A DNA stretch of 33,585 nucleotides from Gemmatimonadales bacterium (GTDB taxonomy: Bacteria > Gemmatimonadota > Gemmatimonadetes > Gemmatimonadales > GWC2-71-9). Both the position numbers and the translations under genes were made by a program. Location of the stretch: assembly GCA_035551075.1 (NCBI GenBank), contig DASZNX010000050.1, positions 1 to 33,585 of the forward strand, written 5' to 3'. The notes beneath the pieces were generated by a model. It was not told the origin of the DNA. It made no database searches and saw only the letters and a program-made list of their open reading frames with translations. This document shows, in pieces, positions 1 through 7,675 of the stretch (position 1 is the stretch's first letter; each line of letters starts with the position of its first letter).

Positions 1-1392
1 CTTCCCACCATCCGCCGGCGACCCGCCGGATTGAGTACCAGCACGGCTCGTCTCTCCCGTCCCGCCCGTCCCGCCCGTCCCGCCCGCCCCCCCCGTTGCG
101 CCCGGAGCCCCCCCCCGTCGCGCCGCTTCCTCGCCGAATACGGAATCCAGGGAGATGCTGTCCTCCGCGGGACGCGACGGCTCTCCGATACCTGCCGCGG
201 GTCCGGCGACATCGAAGGCGGCCGCGAGCGTGCTCTGCGGTTCCGCGGGCGGGGGAGGTGGCACGCCCCGTCCCGACAGGATGCCCTTGAGGAATCCCCG
301 AGCCGACACGCCCGAGTGCTTTTTCCCGCCCAAGGAGAGCTGCTCGATCTTGCTCCGCAACCTGGCGTCATTCGGCCGCTGAGCGAGCAGCGCTTGATAG
401 ACGCGGAGCGCGTCCTGTTGATGGCCCTGCTTCAGATACAGCTCGGCCATCGTCTCCGTCAGCACCGGTTCGGCCTGCGAGAGCGTTGCCGTATCGGCGG
501 CGCCGTCGTCATCAGAGAGCGCGACGGCCGCCGGCACGCGCGACGCGGGCGGAGGCGCCGGAGGCGGTGGGGGCCTTGGCGGGGCTGGCGGCTGCGCGGT
601 CGCTGACGTCTCGTCGGGCATGATCAACGGCAGATCGACCTGCGGCATGGCATCGTCCAACTCTGGACCGCCCTGCCGGGAGTCACTCGGTGTCGCGGCG
701 TCCAGCTTGAACATCCCGCTCCCCTCGTACTGCGTGCGCGCCAGCCCCTCAACCTCGACCTGCTCGATATCCTGCGCGTTGAGCTCGACCTCCTCCTGGA
801 CCTCCAACCCATCGGCCTTGGCTGCCGCGTGAGCGTTGGGATTGAAACTGATCGCATCCTCGACATTCTCGACGACTGGAGCGCCCCCCGAAGGTCGTCC
901 GGGTTTGGCCGTCAGATCGGTGAGGGATGGCTCCCGCTCTTCGTGCTCGATCGCGAAATCAGGCTTGGCAATCGGCTGCGTCGGACCGGCCTTCGCCTTG
1001 GCACGAGCCAACGCCTCGGCGGCGTCACCGTTCATCGGATCGGCATTCAGCAGTCGAGTCAGCCACTCGACCTCTTCGTCATGCCGCCCATTCCGCTCGG
1101 CCAGGTCGGCGAGGGCACGGAGGGCGATGATGTTCTCCCCGTCGAGCTCGAGCACTCGCTTGAAGACGCCGAGCGCCGCCGCGTCGTCTTTCTTGTCGAC
1201 GAGGCAGCGGGCGTAGACGATGTGCGCGCTGACGTAATCGGGATGGAGCTTGAGGCCGTTCTGACAGAGAGCGATGGCGTTATCTATAAGTCCTGCTTTA
1301 CGATAGGCGTCCGCCAAGGGGGCGAAATTGCGGCCCTTGGGGTTATCATTAAAACGCGCTTCGAGCTTTTCGATCTCGCTGGTATAGGCCAC
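1..1392 (-). CDS. TPR-repeat protein with Pro-rich, acidic and Gly/Thr-rich low-complexity segments; 3'-partial, continues past the left window edge; not in the supplied ORF track
   Basis: Manual translation of the minus strand with codon boundaries at 1,4,7...: no plus-strand tta/cta/tca triplet between 1 and 1392. In-frame TAG at 1396-1398, first start GTG at 1392-1390. Product begins MAYTSEIEKLEARFNDNPKGRNFAPLADAYRKAGLIDNAIALCQNGLKLHPDYVSAHIVYARCLVDKKDD... (TPR-like helix pairs). A second TPR-like unit TMAELYLKQGHQQDALRVYQALLAQRPNDARL lies at about 361-450. Tail is GGTGGTGGT. Confidence 0.7.
   Translation of the reverse strand, partial: MAYTSEIEKLEARFNDNPKGRNFAPLADAYRKAGLIDNAIALCQNGLKLHPDYVSAHIVYARCLVDKKDDAAALGVFKRVLELDGENIIALRALADLAERNGRHDEEVEWLTRLLNADPMNGDAAEALARAKAKAGPTQPIAKPDFAIEHEEREPSLTDLTAKPGRPSGGAPVVENVEDAISFNPNAHAAAKADGLEVQEEVELNAQDIEQVEVEGLARTQYEGSGMFKLDAATPSDSRQGGPELDDAMPQVDLPLIMPDETSATAQPPAPPRPPPPPAPPPASRVPAAVALSDDDGAADTATLSQAEPVLTETMAELYLKQGHQQDALRVYQALLAQRPNDARLRSKIEQLSLGGKKHSGVSARGFLKGILSGRGVPPPPPAEPQSTLAAAFDVAGPAAGIGEPSRPAEDSISLDSVFGEEAARRGGAPGATGGAGGTGGTGGTGETSRAGTQSGGSPADGGK
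56..82. repeat. 9-bp tandem repeat cccgtcccg x3 (plus a degenerate 4th copy) inside the TPR CDS, encoding GGT-GGT-GGT
   Basis: Direct reading of 56-64, 65-73 and 74-82, which are identical. In frame (9 bp), so it is coding low complexity. Confidence 0.9.
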
Positions 1393-1419
1393 GGCCTAAG
1401 TCTATGTGGGAATTGGACG

Positions 1420-1449
1420 AAGATAGTGTTTGGCCGGCGCTGCTGTCAA
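1420..1449 (-). promoter_or_regulatory. Candidate sigma70-type promoter for the left-edge TPR gene
   Basis: Minus strand TTGACA (1449-1444), 18-nt spacer, TATCTT (1425-1420), about 28 nt upstream of GTG 1392. Pattern match only. Confidence 0.3.
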
Positions 1450-1470
1450 ATGACCCACGGGTTTGTGCGC

Positions 1471-1499
1471 TTGAGTTTGTTCGTTGTCGTTTTTAGACT
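1471..1499 (+). promoter_or_regulatory. Candidate sigma70-type promoter for ppiD (divergent from the TPR gene)
   Basis: TTGAGT (1471-1476), 17-nt T-rich spacer, TAGACT (1494-1499), 45 nt upstream of ATG 1545. GGAG at 1527-1530 is a possible RBS. Pattern match only. Confidence 0.3.
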
Positions 1500-1544
1500 T
1501 ATGCCCCTTCACCCCTCCTTTTTGGACTGGAGTTCGAAGTCGCC

Positions 1545-3377
1545 ATGCTGCGCACAATGCGCTCGAATGCCAAATGGATCTTCTACATCCTCGCCATCGC
1601 GTTCATCGTTTGGCTCGCCATCGGACAAGTCTCCAGCATCCTCGGCCCCAGTGGCAACGTCGTCCTGAAGGTCAACGGCAAGGAATATCAGGTCACCGAA
1701 TACCAGCAGCGCGTTCAGACAGCTTCGGAGCAATATCGCCAGCAGACCGGTAACGCTCCCACCACGCGCGAAGACGACAAGCAGATCCAGGACCAGGTCA
1801 TCAATCAGATGATCTCGGAAGCCTTGCTTCAGCAGGAATACGACCGGCTGGGCATTCGAGTCAGCGACGCGGAGATCATCGAGGCGGTGAAGACATCGCC
1901 GCCACCCGAGGTCATGCGCGATCCGCAATTCCAAACCGACAGCCAGTTCGACAGCCGGAAGTGGAATCAGTTCCTCGCGTCGACTACCGACCGCCAACTC
2001 CTCAGGCAGATCGAAGGATTGTACCGCGACCAGATTCCGCGGATCAAGCTGATGCAGTATCTGACGAGCGACGTCTACGTGTCGGATGCCAAACTCTGGC
2101 GGATTTACAAAGATCAGCACGATTCGGTGCGCATTGCGGCCCTCGCCGTGTGGCCGTACTCGCAACCCGATTCATCCAAGATCAGCGACGCCGAGCTGTC
2201 CGCGTACGTCGCGAAGCATCCCGACGACTTCAAACGCCCTGCGATCGCGTACGTGCGCTTCATCGCTTTGCCGCATCTTCCCAATGCGGCCGATAGCGCC
2301 GCGGCACGGGCGCGGGTGGCCCAGGTGCGGAGCGAGCTCACCAAGGGAGCGAAGTTCGAGGACGTTGCGAAGCACGAGTCGAGCGACTCCGTGAGCGGAC
2401 AAAAAGGCGGCGATCTGGGCTGGATCAAACGCAACGAGCCGAACTACGACCCGAAGTTTCTGGCAGCCCTCAAGGAGTTGAAACCCGGACAGATCTCCGC
2501 ACCGGTCGCGACGCAGTTCGGCTATCACCTGATCCGGATCGATGCGGCGAAGGGCGACTCGGTAAAAGTCCGTCACATTCTGATTCCGGTCGCGCTGGCG
2601 GGCAAGCATTTGGAAGAGGTCGAGGCGCGCGCCGACACCCTGGAGCGGCTGGCTGCCGAGCGGACCGATCCGGCGACGCTCGACAGCGCGGCGAAAAAGT
2701 TGGAGCTGCCGCTATCGCCGACGTATCAGGTGATTCAGGGCGATCGGTTCAATCTGGGCCCGTACGTGATTCCGGACGTGAGTATCTGGGCCTTCGAGGC
2801 GCCGGTCGGGGAGACGAGTCCGGTGATCGAGGCGACGCCCGCGTATTACGTGTTCCGCGTCGACTCCGTCAGGCCGGAAGGCGTTCCGCCGCTCGATCAG
2901 ATCCGCGACCGCGTGGAATCCGCCGTTCGTCTCGAGAAACAGCGGACTCTCGCTCAGCACCGCGCCGACTCATTGGCCGCGGTCTTGAAGGGAACTCCCA
3001 GCCTCGTCACGGCGGCCAGCGCGCACGGGCTTCAGGTTCAGCAGTTCGGCATGTTCACGCGACTGCATCCGCCCAGCTATCTCGGGCGCGAGCCGGCGGT
3101 CGTGGGCGCGGCGTTTGGTCTCGGCGTGAGCGAGCGCAGTGGCGTCATCAAGGGCGAAGGCGGCTACTTCATTATCGAGTCGCTCGGGCGCAAGCTCGCC
3201 GATTCCAGTGCGTGGCTGGCGCAGCGCAACACGCAGCGCGACCAGCTGCGCCAGGCGGCGCAGCAGGCACGCATGCAGCAATACATGGAAGCGCTGCGCG
3301 CCAAAGCGAAGATCGTCGACCGGCGCAAAGACCTGTTCAAGGCGCAGGCCGCCACGGACGCCGCGGGAACCGACTAG
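1545..3377 (+). CDS. ppiD: Membrane-anchored periplasmic chaperone / peptidyl-prolyl isomerase, PpiD-like (SurA_N plus parvulin domain)
   Basis: 610 aa. N-terminal TM anchor WIFYILAIAFIVWLAIG, SurA_N-like region (INQMISEALLQQEYDRLGIRVSDAEI), parvulin motif GGDLGWIKRNE...PVATQFGYHLIRID. Length is typical of PpiD. Confidence 0.85.
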   Translation: MLRTMRSNAKWIFYILAIAFIVWLAIGQVSSILGPSGNVVLKVNGKEYQVTEYQQRVQTASEQYRQQTGNAPTTREDDKQIQDQVINQMISEALLQQEYDRLGIRVSDAEIIEAVKTSPPPEVMRDPQFQTDSQFDSRKWNQFLASTTDRQLLRQIEGLYRDQIPRIKLMQYLTSDVYVSDAKLWRIYKDQHDSVRIAALAVWPYSQPDSSKISDAELSAYVAKHPDDFKRPAIAYVRFIALPHLPNAADSAAARARVAQVRSELTKGAKFEDVAKHESSDSVSGQKGGDLGWIKRNEPNYDPKFLAALKELKPGQISAPVATQFGYHLIRIDAAKGDSVKVRHILIPVALAGKHLEEVEARADTLERLAAERTDPATLDSAAKKLELPLSPTYQVIQGDRFNLGPYVIPDVSIWAFEAPVGETSPVIEATPAYYVFRVDSVRPEGVPPLDQIRDRVESAVRLEKQRTLAQHRADSLAAVLKGTPSLVTAASAHGLQVQQFGMFTRLHPPSYLGREPAVVGAAFGLGVSERSGVIKGEGGYFIIESLGRKLADSSAWLAQRNTQRDQLRQAAQQARMQQYMEALRAKAKIVDRRKDLFKAQAATDAAGTD

Positions 3378-3378
3378 A

Positions 3379-3612
3379 CTACTCGACCAGCCGCTTCGGC
3401 TTTACGTCGTGCGGCGCGATTTGCGGCGCGTCATTCTGCGGCGGTTGAGTGATGCTGCTCTCGGCCTCCGACAGCGCGCGCTTGAACTCGCGTAATCCCT
3501 TCCCCACGGCCTTGCCCGCCTCGGGCAACCGGTTGGCCCCGAACACGAGCAGCACGATCAGGCCCAGGATGAGGATTTCACCGCCACTCAAATTTCCGAT
3601 TCCGAATCCCAT
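3379..3612 (-). CDS. tatA: Twin-arginine translocase subunit TatA/E family (copy 2)
   Basis: 77 aa, MGFGIGNLSGGEILILGLIVLLVFGANRLPEAGKAVGKGLREFKRAL: a single TM followed by an amphipathic helix, the canonical TatA layout. GAGG lies upstream of the ATG. Confidence 0.9.
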   Translation of the reverse strand: MGFGIGNLSGGEILILGLIVLLVFGANRLPEAGKAVGKGLREFKRALSEAESSITQPPQNDAPQIAPHDVKPKRLVE

Positions 3613-3624
3613 ACCAGCCTCGAC

Positions 3625-3816
3625 TTACTGATTCAACCGCTTCGGGGCGCCCGTGGTTTGTTCGGGCTCCTTGGGCGCCTCGTCCTTGAGACCCCGTTTG
3701 AACTCCTTGATGCCCTTCCCGATCGACGAGCCGATTTCCGGAATGCGCTTCGCCCCGAACAGCAGGACGAAGATGCCCAGCAGGATGAGGATTTCGGTGA
3801 AGCCGAGATTGGGCAT
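3625..3816 (-). CDS. tatA: Twin-arginine translocase subunit TatA/E family (copy 1)
   Basis: 63 aa, MPNLGFTEILILLGIFVLLFGAKRIPEIGSSIGKGIKEFKRGLKDE: canonical TatA TM plus FGxxxLPexg and amphipathic helix. Confidence 0.9.
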   Translation of the reverse strand: MPNLGFTEILILLGIFVLLFGAKRIPEIGSSIGKGIKEFKRGLKDEAPKEPEQTTGAPKRLNQ

Positions 3817-3828
3817 AGTGCGGCCTTT

Positions 3829-4029
3829 CTAAAAGAGCGAACGGGCGACGAGAAACGCGATCGCCACTCCGAACACCGCAAGCAGGGAAACGTCCAGTCC
3901 GATCGGTCCGAGCGTAATCGACATCACCAGCAGATCCAGATGGATCGGCCCAATGGTCGGGGTCACCGACCAGGTAAACAGCTCGCGCGCAGGCCCCTGT
4001 GGCAGAAAGCGCCGCAGGAACGCGTGCAA
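3829..4029 (-). CDS. Small membrane protein, DUF4321-like; annotated start (TTG 4029) is probably too short, see findings
   Basis: ORF track 66 aa ...FLPQGPARELFTWSVTPTIGPIHLDLLVMSITLGPIGLDVSLLAVFGVAIAFLVARSLF. The in-frame upstream extension (no canonical start) reads ...RRPGFYLGVLAVGFVLGGLL, a plausible first TM helix. The family call is from memory of DUF4321 architecture and is unverified. Confidence 0.5.
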   Translation of the reverse strand: MHAFLRRFLPQGPARELFTWSVTPTIGPIHLDLLVMSITLGPIGLDVSLLAVFGVAIAFLVARSLF

Positions 4030-4102
4030 CAGCCCGCCCAGGACGAAGCCGACCGCGAGGACCCCGAGATAGAACCCCGGGCGACGGGGACCATGGACGG
4101 GA

Positions 4103-5098
4103 CTAACTGCGCCGCTCCACCGCGTACGCGATGCTCCCCTGTAACGCGTCCCGCGCCGGTGAAGCGGGCAGCACGTCCAGCTCGGCCTCGGCCTGCTGGG
4201 CCAGCTCGAGGGCGCGCTGGCGCGCCGTTTCGAGGCCGCCTGCCGACTCTACCAGACGAATCACTTCGGCTACCAGGTCGTCGCCCGGCTCTGCCACGTC
4301 CATCAACTCCGCCACCACGCGACGCGCCGGACTGTCCGCAGGCATCCGGGCCAATGCCGCGATCAACGGCAGCGTCACTTTGTGCTCGCGGAGGTCGAGG
4401 CCAGACGGCTTCCCGGTGACCGCCTCCGTCTGCGTGTAATCGAGCAGATCGTCCGCGATTTGGAACGCCATGCCGAGCAGCATGCCGAAGCGCGCCAGTG
4501 CCTGCCGGTATGGCGCCGGCGCGGTGAGCGCCCCGACCTCGCACGCCCCGGAAAGCAACGACGCGGTCTTCGCGCGGATCAGCTGGTCGTAGGCGCCCTC
4601 GCCATACGCGAGTTTGTCGTGGGCTTCGAGCTGGCGCATTTCACCAACCGTCATCTCGTTCGTGACGCGCGCCAGCACACGCAACGCCTCGACGTCCTCG
4701 AGCCGGACCAGCTCGATGATGGCGCGGGAGTAGAGATAGTCGCCCATGATCACCGCGATCTGATGCGAGAACAGCGCGTTGATCGTGGGAAGCCCGCGAC
4801 GCAGCACGGAATGGTCCACGGAATCGTCGTGCACGAGCGTGGCGAGGTGAATCAACTCGACCACAGCGGCAAGGGTGATGGCGCTCGCGTTGGTGCCGCC
4901 CGACGCCTTGTTGCTCAGCAACAGCAGCGTCGGACGAAACAGCTTGCCCTTCATCTGTAGCAGATGCTCGTTCACTTCACTCACGATGGGGAAATCGGCG
5001 GCGATAACCCGCCGCAGCTCCGAGAACACCTGCTCGAGCTCCTCGGCCACCGGCCGTTGGACGTCGCGCAGGCTGACGCCGGCAACTTGCTGACTCAC
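4103..5098 (-). CDS. Long-chain trans-polyprenyl diphosphate synthase (IspB/HepT-like)
   Basis: 331 aa. First DDxxD region LIHLATLVHDDSVDHSVLRRGLPT, second FQIADDLLDYT. Typical length and layout of the polyprenyl synthetase family. Chain-length specificity cannot be read from the sequence. Confidence 0.9.
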   Translation of the reverse strand: MSQQVAGVSLRDVQRPVAEELEQVFSELRRVIAADFPIVSEVNEHLLQMKGKLFRPTLLLLSNKASGGTNASAITLAAVVELIHLATLVHDDSVDHSVLRRGLPTINALFSHQIAVIMGDYLYSRAIIELVRLEDVEALRVLARVTNEMTVGEMRQLEAHDKLAYGEGAYDQLIRAKTASLLSGACEVGALTAPAPYRQALARFGMLLGMAFQIADDLLDYTQTEAVTGKPSGLDLREHKVTLPLIAALARMPADSPARRVVAELMDVAEPGDDLVAEVIRLVESAGGLETARQRALELAQQAEAELDVLPASPARDALQGSIAYAVERRS

Positions 5099-5099
5099 G

Positions 5100-7667
5100 T
5101 CACTTCGCTTTGGCGAGCGCTTTTACGCGCTGCTCGGCATCGAGGAAACGGATGTCCACCGCGAAGACACGCCCGTAGAGGTCGCGCGCGTCGGCCTTCT
5201 TTCCCTGTTGCTCGAGGGCCCGGCCCAGCCAGTAGAGCACTCCGAGGCGTTCCTGGTCGCCGGAGGCGGGCAGATCGAGGCCGCGCCGAAGAATCGACTC
5301 GGCCACCCCGAAGGCGCCTTTTTCGAAGAAGCAGATGCCCAGCATTTCCGACGTACGGAGCTTTCCTTCCGGCGCGCGCAGCGCCTTCTGGAATTCGGCG
5401 ATGGCCTCGTCGAGCAGTCCCATTTCCTTGAACGCGACGCCGAGGTCATAATGCGATTGGAAATCGGCCTCGTCGATGTTCTCGTCGATGCCCTGCTTGA
5501 ACCGCGCGAGCATGTCCTGGAAATCCTGCTCCTCGTCGCCGGTCGGCTCCTCATCGGCGACCGTCATCCGGGTATCTCGCGCGGGCATGTCCTCATCCTC
5601 TTCGGTCAGCATCGAGCCAAGATCGACGAAGTCACCGTCCGCGGCGGTTTCGTCGCGGACTTTCAGCTTCGCATCTTTGGCTTTGACCTTGCCTTCGGGT
5701 TTCGACGGTGCCCCCCCCGCCCGCCCCGCCGTCCCCGCCCCCGCCGCGCCCCCCACTGCCGGCGCGAGCATCGACAGCGCGCCCTTCGCTCGCTCATTCT
5801 TCGGGTCGTGCTCGGCCACGCGCGCGTAGACCGCGCGGGCCTTTTCCGGCAGATCCGACCGGAGCAGCGCATCGGCCAGCTCGAGATAGGCGTCAATCAG
5901 TTTTGGCTTATCACCGGCTTTGAAGGCGTATTCCACGGCTTTTTGCCGATGACGGACGCTATTCGGATCGAGATGGAGGATCTCGTCGACGAGATCGCGC
6001 GCCTCGCTCAGATTCCCGGCGTTTTCGAATCCTCCAGTCGCAAGGTCGAGCTCTTCGATACCGCGCTCGCGTTCACCCTGTTCGATCAACGCCTCGCCCA
6101 GCGCCTGGTGGGCTTCGGGATCGTCGGGATTGTCGGCGACGCGCGACTCGAGCTCCTCGATCTCCGGAGCTGCCGGTGTCGCTTCGATATTGGAAAACAC
6201 CAGCGAGCCGGCGTGATCACCCTGGCTGATCTCGTCGACGCCAAGATCGATAAACCCCGAGCGACGGCCGCCCGCTGAAATCGACGTGTCATCTTCCGTC
6301 TGGATGAAGCTCGGATGCCGAGGGGGAGACGCGGACGGCGGCGCTTCGTCGAGCGTCAGCGGCTCATCGTCCACGTCATGGCCCGCATCAGTGGTCGCGG
6401 TCTGGAAATCGGGCTCGAGCTCGAGTGGCGGTACCTCAACGGCCGGCTTGCGCTTGTTGCCCGCGGTCGGCTGCTTGGGCACCACCGGCTTCACCGGTGC
6501 GGGCTTCTTGGCCGGCGGCGGCGCCGATTTCTTTGCCGGAGGAGGTGGCGGAGACTCGACCACGTTCCCCTCGAGCACGAGATCGGCATCGTCGAGACCC
6601 GGAACGTCCGCCGAGCTGTCAGCCGCCGGTGCGGGAGCGGGCGGCGCGTGACGCGGCGGCTCGGCGGTCGTCTCGAGCTCGGGCAGCGTATCGAGATCGA
6701 GATCCTTCGGATTGATGTCATCGCGTATGGACGGAGTCTTCGGAGCGCTCGACTCGGTCTGTCCAAAGTCGGCGACCGTCGTCTCGAAACCCTCGAGCAG
6801 TCCACTGCCGCCACCGGCGCCGGGCGACTCATCGACGAGGCTCGTTCTCTCGATTTCGAGCGGCGCCGATTCCTCCGGGTCGGGCTTCGTGCTCTCGACC
6901 AGGCTCTCGGTAAGCGACTCGGGTTCGGTCGCCTCGGGCGGCTCGGGCTTCGGCGGAGGAGGTGGCGCTGCTTTGGCTCCCCCTCCCCCTCCCCCTCCCC
7001 CTCCCTTCGGCGTGCGGGGCTCGTCGAGGTCGAGGAAGACCAGACTCGACGTCTTGCGCTTCGCGGATTGGTGGATGTCGTCGGGCGGTGGCTTGGGAGC
7101 CCCGGGCGCGCTGACTCGAGGGCCGGCGGGGGCCGCGGGAGTCGACGACGAGGCCCGCTTACCGGGATCAGTGCCGTACATCTTCAGGTGCTCGGCCAAC
7201 ATCTCGCGCAAGTTCTTGCTCTCCGGCGAGATGTCGGTGAATTCCTTCAAAGCCGCGAAGGCATGCTCGATCTTGCCGATTTTTTGCATCCGTTCGGCGT
7301 ACTCGACGAAGTTCTGCTTGGCCTCGGCGATAAACCCTTTGGCGCCGTAGAGCTTCGCGAGCTTCAGATAGGTCGCCTGCCGCGCCGGCGCATTGCGCAG
7401 CACTTTGTTACACATCGCGATCGCGTTGTTGTGAAAGCCGAGCTCAGCATATCGATCGACGGCCTGGTCGTAATAGTCAGCCGCCAGGCCCGGATCCTTC
7501 AGCTTGATATACAGATCACCAATGCGGTTATAGATGGAGAGATCGGGATTGGCCTCACCATCCGATTCCTGCATGCTCAGCGCTTCCAGCCAGATCTCGA
7601 CCGCCTTCCGCGGATCCTTGGCCTCGAGCCCCTTCGCTTTTTCTTTGAGCTGCTCAAGTTTCGACAT
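5100..7667 (-). CDS. Large TPR protein with a ~500-aa Pro/Ala/Glu/Asp-rich, probably disordered, centre
   Basis: ORF 5100-7724. Preferred start is ATG 7667 (MSKLEQLKEKAKGLEAKDPRKAVEIW...), because the 19-codon extension overlaps the hutI end. N-terminal TPRs (IGDLYIKLKDPGLAADYYDQAV..., LAKLYGAKGFIAEAKQNF). Central G8, poly-P and PAPAPA tracts. C-terminal TPRs (HQALGEALIEQGERERGIE, AYLELADALLRSDLPEKARAVYARV, HYDLGVAFKEMGLLDEAIAEFQKAL). Confidence 0.8.
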   Translation of the reverse strand: MSKLEQLKEKAKGLEAKDPRKAVEIWLEALSMQESDGEANPDLSIYNRIGDLYIKLKDPGLAADYYDQAVDRYAELGFHNNAIAMCNKVLRNAPARQATYLKLAKLYGAKGFIAEAKQNFVEYAERMQKIGKIEHAFAALKEFTDISPESKNLREMLAEHLKMYGTDPGKRASSSTPAAPAGPRVSAPGAPKPPPDDIHQSAKRKTSSLVFLDLDEPRTPKGGGGGGGGGAKAAPPPPPKPEPPEATEPESLTESLVESTKPDPEESAPLEIERTSLVDESPGAGGGSGLLEGFETTVADFGQTESSAPKTPSIRDDINPKDLDLDTLPELETTAEPPRHAPPAPAPAADSSADVPGLDDADLVLEGNVVESPPPPPAKKSAPPPAKKPAPVKPVVPKQPTAGNKRKPAVEVPPLELEPDFQTATTDAGHDVDDEPLTLDEAPPSASPPRHPSFIQTEDDTSISAGGRRSGFIDLGVDEISQGDHAGSLVFSNIEATPAAPEIEELESRVADNPDDPEAHQALGEALIEQGERERGIEELDLATGGFENAGNLSEARDLVDEILHLDPNSVRHRQKAVEYAFKAGDKPKLIDAYLELADALLRSDLPEKARAVYARVAEHDPKNERAKGALSMLAPAVGGAAGAGTAGRAGGAPSKPEGKVKAKDAKLKVRDETAADGDFVDLGSMLTEEDEDMPARDTRMTVADEEPTGDEEQDFQDMLARFKQGIDENIDEADFQSHYDLGVAFKEMGLLDEAIAEFQKALRAPEGKLRTSEMLGICFFEKGAFGVAESILRRGLDLPASGDQERLGVLYWLGRALEQQGKKADARDLYGRVFAVDIRFLDAEQRVKALAKAK
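6979..7002. repeat. Hexanucleotide tandem repeat ccccct x4 inside the TPR CDS (encodes the G8 run)
   Basis: Direct reading of four identical 6-mers at 6979-7002, in frame. Confidence 0.9.
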
Positions 7668-7675
7668 GGGAACGA

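Noticed and set aside
56-82. Short tandem repeats (9-mer x3 at 56-82, hexamer x4 at 6979-7002, octamers at 19767-19822) as a possible CRISPR or minisatellite locus.
   Set aside because: The units are far too short, have no spacers, and all lie inside coding regions where they encode low-complexity peptide. No cas genes are present.
1520-1540. ggagttcgaagtc resembling a tRNA T-arm (GGTTCGAA-like) in the ppiD leader.
   Set aside because: No acceptor, D or anticodon stems can be drawn around it, and it overlaps the likely ppiD RBS. None of the three spacers longer than 100 nt shows a cloverleaf.
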